DNA from: Gammaproteobacteria bacterium
GTDB taxonomy: Bacteria; Pseudomonadota; Gammaproteobacteria; UBA9214
Length of the DNA: 47,092 nucleotides
Direction: 5' to 3'
NCBI GenBank assembly: GCA_035527955.1
Contig: DATKZN010000345.1
Coordinates: 1 to 47,092 of the forward strand
Positions 1-8,244 of the stretch are shown here, one piece after another. Position 1 is the stretch's first letter, and the number at the start of each line of letters is the position of its first letter. A program made the translations under genes and the position numbers. The notes below the pieces were generated by a model. The model was not told the DNA's origin. It saw nothing but the letters and a program-made list of their open reading frames with translations, and ran no database searches.

Positions 1-161
1 GACTCCTCGGACTCCTGCTGCTGGTCACCGGAGGACTGCTCGGACTCCTGCTGCTGATCGCCGGAGGACTCTTCGGATTCCTGCTGCTCCTCGCTGGAGG
101 ACTCCTCGGATTCCTGCTGCTCCTCGCTGGAGGACTCCTCCGACTCCTGCTGTTCTTTTTC
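1..161 (-). repeat. In-frame 33-nt tandem repeat (at least 4 full copies plus a partial one, continuing beyond the window) encoding SS(S/G)(E/D)(E/Q)QQESEE-type acidic units
   Basis: Plus-strand units ggaggact(c/g)(c/t)tcgga(c/t)tcctgctgct... start at 30, 63, 96 and 129, with a partial copy at 1-29. The period is 33 nt (11 codons), inside the BatC-like CDS. Confidence 0.9.
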
Positions 162-623
162 TTCTTGCTGCTCTTCTTCCTCGGGTGGCTGCTCGGATTT
201 TTCCTGTTCCAGTTCCTCGTTCACGGTCTGTTCCAGCATCTGCTTTGCCAGTGCCAGATTGTGCGACGTGTCGGTGTCTTTCGGCTGCAGCGCCAGTGCT
301 GCCTGGTAGGCTTCGACCGCGCCTTCGTAGTCGCTGCGTTTGTAGCGGCTGTTGCCCAGGTTATACAACGCGTCCGGCTTGACGTCTTCGCGCTCGACAC
401 TGGCAAAGGCATCGCCCGCTTCCGTGTAGCGTCCCGCACGGTAGAGTGCGACGCCACGCCGGTAGGCATCGCTGAAATCCTGTGCGGCTTCGCTGTATTC
501 GCCTTCCCGGTACTTGCTGGCCGCTTCCTGCTCCGTGTTCCTGAACCAGGACGCCTCGACGGTTGTCGCGCCGGCCAGCAGGCCGGTCAGCAGGTACGTG
601 ACGAGGATCGTTTGCCGTTTCAT
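1..623 (-). CDS. BatC-like TPR protein with signal peptide, TPR region and acidic 11-aa tandem repeats; the gene runs off the left edge
   Basis: Absent from the supplied track because no stop lies in the window. The reverse-strand ATG at 621-623 overlaps the stop of the upstream VWA gene (ATGA). My translation reads MKRQTILVTYLLTGLLAGATTVEASWFRNTEQEAASKYREGEYSEAAQDF...ALYNLGNSRYKRSDYEGAVEAYQAALALQPKD...MLEQTVNEELEQEKSEQPPEEEEQQEEKEQQESEESSSEEQQESEE. I translated 481-623 and 120-239 and saw no stop there; the stretches in between were not checked codon by codon. Its position after two VWA genes in a MoxR/DUF58 operon matches BatC. Confidence 0.75.
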   Translation of the reverse strand, partial: MKRQTILVTYLLTGLLAGATTVEASWFRNTEQEAASKYREGEYSEAAQDFSDAYRRGVALYRAGRYTEAGDAFASVEREDVKPDALYNLGNSRYKRSDYEGAVEAYQAALALQPKDTDTSHNLALAKQMLEQTVNEELEQEKSEQPPEEEEQQEEKEQQESEESSSEEQQESEESSSEEQQESEESSGDQQQESEQSSGDQQQESEE

Positions 624-1657
624 GAGCTGCGCACCTGGAAACCCGGCAGGGTGCGGCGAAACAGCGGCAGCAGCAACAGCAGCGCCAGCCCGGCAAGCCA
701 GTGGAAGCGTTCATTCCAGACCCGCGTGCGTTCATTGAGTTCGCCGCCGGGCAGCGCCTGTGCCTTTACCTCTTCCAGGATCCGGTCGGTATCGCGCTGG
801 CGGTAATCGGCGCGCTGGTAAATTCCATCTCCGGCAGTCGCCAGGGTTTTCAACAAGGGCTCGTTGAGCCTCGAAACGACCGGTTGGCCGCTCCTGTCCA
901 TTATCCACTGGCCTTCACGGCCAGGAACGGCATCACCCTCCGGCGTGCCGATACCGAGGATATGCACACGCACGCCGCGCGCAGCAAATTCCTGCATATG
1001 CAGATCCAGGCCAGGCTCCTCAAGGTCTCCGTCGGTAATGATCAGCAACGAGTTGATACTGTTCTTCGGCTGACCGGCGAGCAGTTCACCGGCGCGGTCG
1101 AGCGCATGCACCAGCCGGCTGCCCGGCAATTGCACCAGGCTCGTGTCGAGCGCCGGCAACACCCGACGGATGCCGTTCATGTCCTCGGTTACCGGTGCGA
1201 CGACCTGAGCAATCGAGGCAAACCCGATTACGCCGATGCGGATGCCGCGATTGCGATCCAGCAGATCGGCCAGTTCCTGCTGGGCACGCGCCAGCCGCGA
1301 GGGTTGTACATCTGACACGTTCATGGAGCGCGAGAGATCGAACAGCACCACCAGGTTGGTGCCGGGACGGAACAGCTGCACATCGGTGAAATTCCAGCGC
1401 GGACCGGCCATGGCCAGTACCAGCAGCACCCAGACGAGGGACCAGTGTGCGTAGCGTCGCCATTGCGTACCGGTGGTAATCTCCGAACGGCCCAGCAGGT
1501 GCGGCAACAGGTGGTGATCCGCGTACAGCTGCAGGCGTTCGTTGCGCTTGCTGAGATGGCGTGTCAGGATCAGCCACAGGGCGACCGGTATGCACAACAG
1601 CAATGCCCAAAGCCAGGCCGGTTCGCTGAAGTGAATGGCGGGCAGCAGGTCAGCCAT
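620..1657 (-). CDS. VWA-domain membrane protein, BatB-like
   Basis: Track ORF 620..1708. I prefer the ATG at 1655-1657 (MADLLPAIHFSEPAWLWALLLCIPVALWLIL), which overlaps the upstream stop by 8 nt. It has N-terminal TM segments followed by a VWA/MIDAS-like core (VVLFDLSRSM...ITDG). Confidence 0.85.
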   Translation of the reverse strand: MADLLPAIHFSEPAWLWALLLCIPVALWLILTRHLSKRNERLQLYADHHLLPHLLGRSEITTGTQWRRYAHWSLVWVLLVLAMAGPRWNFTDVQLFRPGTNLVVLFDLSRSMNVSDVQPSRLARAQQELADLLDRNRGIRIGVIGFASIAQVVAPVTEDMNGIRRVLPALDTSLVQLPGSRLVHALDRAGELLAGQPKNSINSLLIITDGDLEEPGLDLHMQEFAARGVRVHILGIGTPEGDAVPGREGQWIMDRSGQPVVSRLNEPLLKTLATAGDGIYQRADYRQRDTDRILEEVKAQALPGGELNERTRVWNERFHWLAGLALLLLLPLFRRTLPGFQVRSS

Positions 1658-2687
1658 GGGCACGTCTCGTGAACCACGATCGTGGTATACCGTTGGGGAA
1701 CAGTCCAAGCAGCAACAGGAGCAGCAGCGCCGCTCCCAGCGGCCAGCGGTACAGCGGTTGCGGAATCATCACGGTGCGGGATTCCGCCTGGGTCTTTTCC
1801 AGTGCGTCGATCTGCTGGTAGATCTGCTCGAGCGCGCCGCTGTCGGTAGCACGGAAATAGGCGCCGCCCGTGATTGCCGCCACCTCGGTGAGCAGGTCCT
1901 CGTCGATTTCCATCTTGACCTGGGTCATGCGGCCATCTTCCATGAATGGCACCAGCCCCTTGCTGCCGACGCCGATGGTGTAGATGCGGATCCCTTCATG
2001 CGCAGCGAGCTGCGCGGCCAGGTTCGGCGGCATGCTGCCCTCGGTATTCTCGCCATCGGTGACCAGGATCAGCACGCGCGAGCCCTCGGGACGTTCGCGC
2101 AGTTTTTTCACGCTCAGTCCTATGGCATCGCCGATTGCGGTACCGTCACCGGCCATGCGCGCAACGACGCTGTCCAGCAGGCTGTGCAGGGCCTGCAAAT
2201 CCTGAGTCATGGGAGACAGCACAAACGCCTGGCTGCCGAACACCACAATCCCGATGCGGTCGCCGTCGCGCGCCTTGACGAAGCGCTCCAGCACACCCTT
2301 GATAACCGCCATGCGCGTGACCTGGCGGTTGTCGACCGTAAAGTCCAGTGCCTCCATCGAGCGCGAGGTATCGACGGCCAGCATCAGGTCATAGCCCTCG
2401 GTACGGATTTCCGTATAGGGTTCCAGCCATTGCGGCTGCATCATGGTGACAACCAGTGCCGCCCATGCCAGGGACAGCATGACAATCTGCAGTCGGCTGC
2501 CGGCATGGGTGAGCGAGCGAGCGGCAACGAACGTGGACGCCAGTCGTCCCAGCGCCGGGTGCAGCAGGGTGGAACTGTCGCCATGGGCGTAGGCATCGGT
2601 TGCGCCATGCGGGCGCGGCCAGAACCAGTGGACCAGCAGCGGTAGGGGCAACAGCAGGGCAGCCCACGGCCAGTAAAAACTAAACAT
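1650..2687 (-). CDS. VWA-domain membrane protein, BatA-like
   Basis: Track ORF 1650..2723. The ATG at 2685-2687 gives MFSFYWPWAALLLPLPLLVHWF. VWA/MIDAS motifs are present (LAVDTSRSM, VLILVTDGENT). It overlaps the upstream DUF4381 stop by 8 nt. Confidence 0.85.
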   Translation of the reverse strand: MFSFYWPWAALLLPLPLLVHWFWPRPHGATDAYAHGDSSTLLHPALGRLASTFVAARSLTHAGSRLQIVMLSLAWAALVVTMMQPQWLEPYTEIRTEGYDLMLAVDTSRSMEALDFTVDNRQVTRMAVIKGVLERFVKARDGDRIGIVVFGSQAFVLSPMTQDLQALHSLLDSVVARMAGDGTAIGDAIGLSVKKLRERPEGSRVLILVTDGENTEGSMPPNLAAQLAAHEGIRIYTIGVGSKGLVPFMEDGRMTQVKMEIDEDLLTEVAAITGGAYFRATDSGALEQIYQQIDALEKTQAESRTVMIPQPLYRWPLGAALLLLLLLGLFPNGIPRSWFTRRAHG

Positions 2688-3243
2688 GATGCCTGCTCCG
2701 CAGGTTGATACCATACATGGCAAGCTTTTCGCGCCAGCGTATCGCCGGTTTGCGGTCCGCCGGGGTTACCGCATCGACCCAGCGCCGCGCGGCGGCGACC
2801 AGCCGTGCCACATCCTTGCGTTCCACAACCCATGACGGCGGCATGTAGGGGGCCTGCAGCAGTATCCGGCCACGCTTCGTCCAGCTGAAACCGGTACTGT
2901 CATTTTCCTCCAGCCAGTTGAGCCAGCGATCGCCGGATAGCCCGGCGGCCTGGCGCCGCCCGCCTCGCGCCATGGCAATACGGCGCAGCAGAGTGGACAG
3001 CCGGCCAGCGATTGCGCGGGGCTCATCCTGGCGCAGAGCCTTGTGCAGGGCTCGCAGCTGGCGGCGGGCATCGCCGCGCCAGCCCGGCATGAGGCCGCTG
3101 TAGCGCAGCCAGTAACGGAGCGCCGCAGCGACGAGCAGGAGCAGCAGCAGGCCGAAGATAATCCACCAGCCGGGAGCCGGCGGCCACCAGGGGATCGCGT
3201 CCAGTTCGCGGATGTCGCGCAAGATCGCGGTGGTATCTTCCAT
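2680..3243 (-). CDS. DUF4381-family membrane protein
   Basis: The N-terminus LRDIRELDAIPWWPPAPGWWIIFGLLLLLLV followed by a single TM is the DUF4381 signature as I remember it. It holds the canonical position between DUF58 and BatA. Confidence 0.7.
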   Translation of the reverse strand: MEDTTAILRDIRELDAIPWWPPAPGWWIIFGLLLLLLVAAALRYWLRYSGLMPGWRGDARRQLRALHKALRQDEPRAIAGRLSTLLRRIAMARGGRRQAAGLSGDRWLNWLEENDSTGFSWTKRGRILLQAPYMPPSWVVERKDVARLVAAARRWVDAVTPADRKPAIRWREKLAMYGINLRSRHHV

Positions 3244-3248
3244 GCCGG

Positions 3249-4160
3249 CTAGCGCCTTCCCCGGTAGTGCCGCAGTCCCGTGATCAAGGTGCGGTGCACG
3301 TCATCTGTTGTGCTGACGGGTATCAGGCCGAGCCCCAGCCGGTAGGCGAGTTGCTGAAGTTCCTCACGGCGCTGTTCCCAGTCTTCGCGAAAAGCCGCAC
3401 GTCCTTCGGCATTGTCCGTATCCACTTCCAGCAGTTCGCCGGCGGCATTGGAGAAGATGACCGGTCCCATGGCCGGCAGGTCGCGGTCGGCCGGATCGTC
3501 CACCGGCAGCAGCACGACGTCGTTGCGCTGCTTCAGACTGCCGAGGATGCGTTCCAGGCCGGCGGTGACCTGGTTGAGCGGCGCGATGACGAATATCAGC
3601 GAACCGGTGGCTGCGCCGCTGTCGAGGTGCTGCAGGGTCGCCATCAACTGCGATTCGTCCGTGTCGCCTTGCTCGATGGGTTCGGTAAGCCCGCGCAGCA
3701 GCCGCCACAAACCGCGGCGGCCGGGGGTGGCGCGGAAGTAGCGCAGCCCGGTCGCGGGATTGCCGAACAGCACGCCACCGACCCGGTCGTGTTGCTTGCT
3801 GGCGGCCCAGCCGATGAGGGCCGCGGTACGGGCGGCCTGGATGGACTTGAACGTGCCGCGGGTGCCGAAACTCATATGCGGCCCGGTATCGATGCAGAGG
3901 ATGACGCTGCGCTGGCGTTCCTCGCGGAATACCTTTAGATGCGGGATATCGGTACGTGCTGTGACCAGCCAGTCCATGTTGCGAATATCGTCGCCTTCGC
4001 GGTATTCGCGGACCTCATCGAAATCCAGTCCGGTGCCGCGAAATACCGACGCGTACAGGCCGGTGAAGGTGGTGTTGACCAGGTGATTGGCTGCCACGCC
4101 CAGGGCGCGGGCCTGGTGGCGGAGTTCCAGAAGATCATCAAGCTGCGGGTGAAGGCTCAT
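3249..4160 (-). CDS. DUF58-domain protein (MoxR-associated, VWA-like)
   Basis: 303 aa containing FDEVREYREGDDIRNMDW, a typical DUF58 motif. It lies immediately downstream of the MoxR ATPase. Confidence 0.85.
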   Translation of the reverse strand: MSLHPQLDDLLELRHQARALGVAANHLVNTTFTGLYASVFRGTGLDFDEVREYREGDDIRNMDWLVTARTDIPHLKVFREERQRSVILCIDTGPHMSFGTRGTFKSIQAARTAALIGWAASKQHDRVGGVLFGNPATGLRYFRATPGRRGLWRLLRGLTEPIEQGDTDESQLMATLQHLDSGAATGSLIFVIAPLNQVTAGLERILGSLKQRNDVVLLPVDDPADRDLPAMGPVIFSNAAGELLEVDTDNAEGRAAFREDWEQRREELQQLAYRLGLGLIPVSTTDDVHRTLITGLRHYRGRR

Positions 4161-4215
4161 CGCGTTGCTGCTCTGGTCTGAAACGGGTGCCCTGGCCCGA
4201 AGTTCCTGCCGGCCA

Positions 4216-5172
4216 TCACGGTATTGCCACGACCTCCAGCAGACGCTTGATGAAATGGTCGCTGGTGACGCCCTCGGCTTCGCCTTCGAAGGTCAACAGG
4301 ATGCGGTGGCGCAGCACGTCCGGCGCCACGGCCTGGATATGGTGCGGCGCGACAAAATCATCGCCATCCAGCCAGGCGCGTGCACGGGCACAGCGAGCCA
4401 GCGCAATCGTGGCGCGTGGCGAGGCACCGAACCGGCACCAGCGCTTGAGGCTATCGTCATAGGCCTCGGGCCGGCGACTGGCCTGTACCAGGTCGACGAT
4501 ATACTCATTCAGTTTGGGATCGAGATAGAGCTTTGCCGCATCCTCGCGCACCTTGAACAGTTCCGTCTGGGTCAGCATCACGGCAGGGGGTGCCGGTGCG
4601 GTCAGCTGCTGGTTGCTGTCGAGCTGCAGGATGGCCAGTTCTTCCTCGCGATTCGGGTAATCCACCCAGACGTGCATCAGGAAGCGGTCCAGCTGGGCCT
4701 CCGGCAGGTTATAGGTGCCTTCCTGCTCGATCGGATTCTGGGTGGCCAGCACCATGAACAGGTCCGGCAGCTGGTAGGTCTTCATGCCGACCGTGACCTG
4801 GTGTTCACCCATGGCTTCCAGCAATGCCGACTGGACCTTGGCCGGCGCGCGGTTGACCTCGTCCGCCAGCAGTATGTTATGAAACAGCGGGCCGGCACGG
4901 AATACGAACTCGCCCTTCTCATGACGGTAGATATCCGTGCCGATCAGATCGGAGGGCAGCAAGTCGGGCGTAAACTGGATGCGGTGATAGTCACCCTCGA
5001 TGGCTTCCGCCAGGGCCTTTACGGCAGTGGTCTTGGCCAGCCCCGGCATACCCTCGACCAGCAGATGGCCTTCGCTCACGAGGCATATCAGCATACTGTC
5101 TATCAGGCTGCGTTGTCCGACAACCCGGGTGGCGAGGTGGTCGCGGACACAGTCCAGTGACGAGGAATCCAT
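4216..5172 (-). CDS. moxR: MoxR-family AAA+ ATPase
   Basis: Track ORF 4216..5208. The ATG at 5170-5172 gives MDSSSLDCVRDHL. Walker A is EGMPGLAKT and Walker B is ILLADEVNRAP, followed by ATQNPIEQEGTYNLPEAQLDRF, all typical of AAA_3/MoxR. Confidence 0.92.
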   Translation of the reverse strand: MDSSSLDCVRDHLATRVVGQRSLIDSMLICLVSEGHLLVEGMPGLAKTTAVKALAEAIEGDYHRIQFTPDLLPSDLIGTDIYRHEKGEFVFRAGPLFHNILLADEVNRAPAKVQSALLEAMGEHQVTVGMKTYQLPDLFMVLATQNPIEQEGTYNLPEAQLDRFLMHVWVDYPNREEELAILQLDSNQQLTAPAPPAVMLTQTELFKVREDAAKLYLDPKLNEYIVDLVQASRRPEAYDDSLKRWCRFGASPRATIALARCARARAWLDGDDFVAPHHIQAVAPDVLRHRILLTFEGEAEGVTSDHFIKRLLEVVAIP

Positions 5173-5614
5173 GCTGCGATATTTTTTTTGACTGCCGGAA
5201 AATAACACTGTGTACGCTCCTGAAATAATACGGACTTGCCGCTACCGGCATCCGGAACTTCCGGGTATTTGCTTATAGCCCGGATGACTGACCGATATCA
5301 CATTCTTCACGGGGTGGGGCAGGGATGCGGTCATCAATTTTATTATTAACATGGCCATAGTGACTTGAAACTATGCCTGATTGCAAGGTCCTGGGTATTG
5401 ACATGTATCAATCGCGCCGGTTCCGTCAGGGCAAGCGCCAGGCAGCCGGCGCTGCGTGGCAGGCCGGCTGACCGCGTGTGACCAAAAGTCCGGTGAGTGA
5501 AGGTCATGCCTCTGCCGGCTGTAACCCGGTCCTGCAGGTAAGGAGCGGGGTGACCGTGATTTGAAGCAGCGGGTGGCGTCGCGGCCGCGCACCCGGCACC
5601 ACGGTGCCAGTCCG

Positions 5615-5830
5615 TCAGTCGAAGAATTCTGCGTCGTGCTGGATGTCGTGCGCCATGGCTGTCAGCTTGTCCGCGATGTTTTCCATAATCTCCGCTAGTG
5701 CGGTATCGAGCCCGGCCTCGATGATCAGCCTCAGTTCATCGTAGTGGTTCTCGGGCAGGCTGTCCCCGGATTGCTCCACAAGTTCATGAAAGCGGTCTGT
5801 CATTGCCTGGGCATGATCGGTTTGATGCAT
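5615..5830 (-). CDS. Hypothetical small acidic, His-rich helical protein (71 aa)
   Basis: The ORF starts 2 nt after the ppk2 stop on the same strand. The sequence MHQTDHAQAMTDRFHELVEQSGDS...HDIQHDAEFFD matches no family I recognise. The coding call rests on the tight coupling and clean frame. Confidence 0.5.
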   Translation of the reverse strand: MHQTDHAQAMTDRFHELVEQSGDSLPENHYDELRLIIEAGLDTALAEIMENIADKLTAMAHDIQHDAEFFD

Positions 5831-5832
5831 GA

Positions 5833-6783
5833 CTATTCCTTGTTGGTGGTTTCCAGCGGGCTGCTTTCCAGATAGTGCTCACCCGATTCGTAGATGTTCT
5901 TTGCCGAGCCGACGATCAGACGATCAGGTGCGATTGCGATCTGGCGGTTCTTGTTCGGATACTCGAGGCTGTTTAGCACATGGCGCATGGCATTGATACG
6001 CGCACGTTTCTTGCAATCCGACTTGACCACAGTCCACGGCGCGTCGGCGGTGTCCGTGTAGAAAAACATGGCCTCTTTTGCCTCGGTGTAGTCCTGCCAT
6101 TTGTCCAGCGAGGCCATATCGATCGGACTCAGTTTCCACTGTTTCAGCGGGTCGTGACGGCGTCCCTGGAAGCGGCGGAACTGCTCGTTACGGCTGACGG
6201 AGAACCACAGTTTGAAAAAATGGATTCCGGCGCGTACCAGCATGCGTTCCAGCTCGGGCGCCTGGCGCATGAATTCGAGATACTCACCGGAGGAGCAGAA
6301 ACCCATGACACGCTCGACGCCGGCACGGTTATACCAGGATCGGTCGAACAGCACGATTTCACCCGCCGTGGGTAGGTGCTTGACGTAACGCTGGAAGTAC
6401 CACTGGCCCAGCTCCTCATCCGAAGGTTTTTCCAGGGCGACCACGCGTGCACCGCGCGGATTCAGATGTTCCATGAAGCGTTTGATGGTGCCGCCTTTGC
6501 CGGCTGCGTCGCGCCCCTCGCACAGGATGACAATGCGCTGGCCTGTTTCCTTTACCCAGCCCTGCATCTTGAGCAGTTCGATCTGCAGGTCCTGCTTGGC
6601 CGCTTCGTATTCGGCCCGGCCCATCTTGGTCTTGTAGGGGTAGTTGGCATCGGCGAATATCTTCTGCTTGCCGAGACTCTTGATTTCCTTTTTCGAGGCA
6701 AGCGCAGGCGTTTCCCTGTCTGCCGCGAGTTCAGCGAGGGCGCTGGCGTGATGTTCGGTCATGGCCTGTTCCGTTTTCTTCAT
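5833..6783 (-). CDS. ppk2: Polyphosphate kinase 2 (single-domain PPK2)
   Basis: Walker A-like EGRDAAGKGG plus FDRSWYNRAGVERVMGF and the lid-region motifs typical of PPK2. Track ORF is 5833..6837. I prefer the start at 6783 (MKKTEQ), but the start is uncertain. Confidence 0.88.
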   Translation of the reverse strand: MKKTEQAMTEHHASALAELAADRETPALASKKEIKSLGKQKIFADANYPYKTKMGRAEYEAAKQDLQIELLKMQGWVKETGQRIVILCEGRDAAGKGGTIKRFMEHLNPRGARVVALEKPSDEELGQWYFQRYVKHLPTAGEIVLFDRSWYNRAGVERVMGFCSSGEYLEFMRQAPELERMLVRAGIHFFKLWFSVSRNEQFRRFQGRRHDPLKQWKLSPIDMASLDKWQDYTEAKEAMFFYTDTADAPWTVVKSDCKKRARINAMRHVLNSLEYPNKNRQIAIAPDRLIVGSAKNIYESGEHYLESSPLETTNKE

Positions 6784-7014
6784 ATATAAATTCTCTTCAT
6801 ATAACGAATGGCATGATCCTGTGTTGATACAGGTCAATGATTGCCGCTACCTGCGGGTATCGGCCTGCTGTCTGGCGGGCTGAATCCGGCTGGCCGGCTG
6901 CCATCGTGGGCGTGAGAGCTTGTCTGAAGTGGATGCCGGGGGATATTACACGTTCTGCGCCCCCGGCTGGCTGTGGCAGGAATTAAGACTGGATAGCGCC
7001 GCGGGATATGCAGT

Positions 7015-7042
7015 ACCCCGGGCCAGTTAGTGGTCCCGGGGT
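7015..7042 (-). terminator. GC-rich stem-loop downstream of the FN3 lipoprotein gene, without a U-tract
   Basis: accccgggcc-agttagt-gg(t)cccggggt forms a stem of about 10 bp with one bulge. It begins 24 nt after the stop at 7066. No T-run follows on the minus strand, so its function is uncertain. Confidence 0.25.
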
Positions 7043-7065
7043 GGCGAACAGTCTGTAGTGCGGGG

Positions 7066-7563
7066 TTACAGTGCTGACTTGACGACAGGCGCTGAGTATC
7101 TGCTTTCCAGTCCGCGTGCATCATACGTCGACATGGCGACGTAATACCTGCCGACCGGAATGCCGTTCACAGTGGCGGATTGCAGTGAACCATTGGTGAT
7201 ATTGATGTGACCCGTGTAATTGCCGGACGATGTCCCGTAATGGACACGGTAGCCGGCGATCTCGGACAGCGACAGCGGTGTCCCATCGGTACGGGCGACC
7301 GGTGCCGTCCATGACAGGCTGATGGCGCCGGTCGTGGTGGTTCCCGATGAGCTGCTGGTATTGCTGGAACTGGACGAGGTTGTCGTGCCTGTGGTGTTGC
7401 TGGAACTGGACGAGATTGTCGTGCCTGTGGTGTTGCTTGCACTGGACGTGACTCTCGTGCCCGCAGCACCGTTGCTGCCTCCGCCGCAGGCGCCCAGCAG
7501 GATGGCCAGGCTAATTATCAGTAGGCCTCGAATCAATGAGTTGCTGTGTAGTTGTGAATGCAT
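7066..7563 (-). CDS. Lipoprotein with a Ser/Thr-rich repeat linker and a C-terminal fibronectin type III-like domain
   Basis: Signal peptide plus lipobox (LAILLGACGGGS). The linker is SSASNTTGTTISSSSSNTTGTTTSSSSSNTSSSSGTTTTGA. The C-terminal ISLSWTAPVARTDGTPL...GYRVHYGTSSGNYT...GRYYVAMSTYDARGLES has an FN3-like strand pattern. An RBS (agagg) lies 9 nt upstream. Confidence 0.8.
   Translation of the reverse strand: MHSQLHSNSLIRGLLIISLAILLGACGGGSNGAAGTRVTSSASNTTGTTISSSSSNTTGTTTSSSSSNTSSSSGTTTTGAISLSWTAPVARTDGTPLSLSEIAGYRVHYGTSSGNYTGHINITNGSLQSATVNGIPVGRYYVAMSTYDARGLESRYSAPVVKSAL
7358..7465 (-). repeat. Three in-frame 36-nt tandem repeats encoding the Ser/Thr linker
   Basis: Plus-strand units are gtattgctggaactggacgaggttgtcgtgcctgtg, gtgttgctggaactggacgagattgtcgtgcctgtg and gtgttgcttgcactggacgtgactctcgtgcccgca. 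Confidence 0.9.
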
Positions 7564-8244
7564 ATGCGGTTACCTCTTGTTTACAAGCTATCGGCGCCGC
7601 GCTTGCGGCACCTGATGCGGGTTGTGTGATCGTGGTTGCAAATTCGTAACGCAAGTACCATGCCAGCCGTTTTCAGCGTCCGAGGGGTCGCCCGTGCGCC
7701 GGAATTCAGGCGGCAAAACGCGCGGGCGCACCCGGGTGGGAGAGAAATTCCTCGTTAGAACAGCTGGGTGGAGCGATGTATCGGACGGATGGCGATTCGC
7801 AATGGCGGCGACTTTACTGGCCGGTCGGTGATGTCATTGCCATGACATGTTGCCCGTAGCCGGTGCCGCACACTGCGGGGTGCCGCTGGCGTCTTGCGAT
7901 GAGCAAGACTCTGATAATGCTACGGATATAATGATGTTTCCGTTCAGGAAGGGATGGCTGAGCAGCGTGCGTGGTGCGGGATTGGCAACGGGGATGTCGC
8001 CAATCAGGATCAGCTAAGAATATAAGTAATACATTAACTTATGAAAATATACTAATGGGGCGTCGTTCAGCGGCGACAGTCCGTTGCCCCGGGCGGGCAA
8101 TGGCTGTTTTTCCATATAAATCCGATGGTTTTAAACGATCCATCAGCCCGTCCGCATGCAACGGCGCCGCGGATCTGCACGGTAGCCCTGTGAGCCAGGC
8201 CCGGTCGCGGACTCACCGACCCATCGGGCCGGGCGTCCCGGTCG

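Noticed and set aside
7564-7800. A possible c-di-GMP (GEMM-I) riboswitch in the lipoprotein leader.
   Set aside because: Only loose resemblances are present (acgcaag, ggcaaaacg). They lie on the plus strand, which has no downstream gene, and the paired tetraloop/receptor architecture is not evident.
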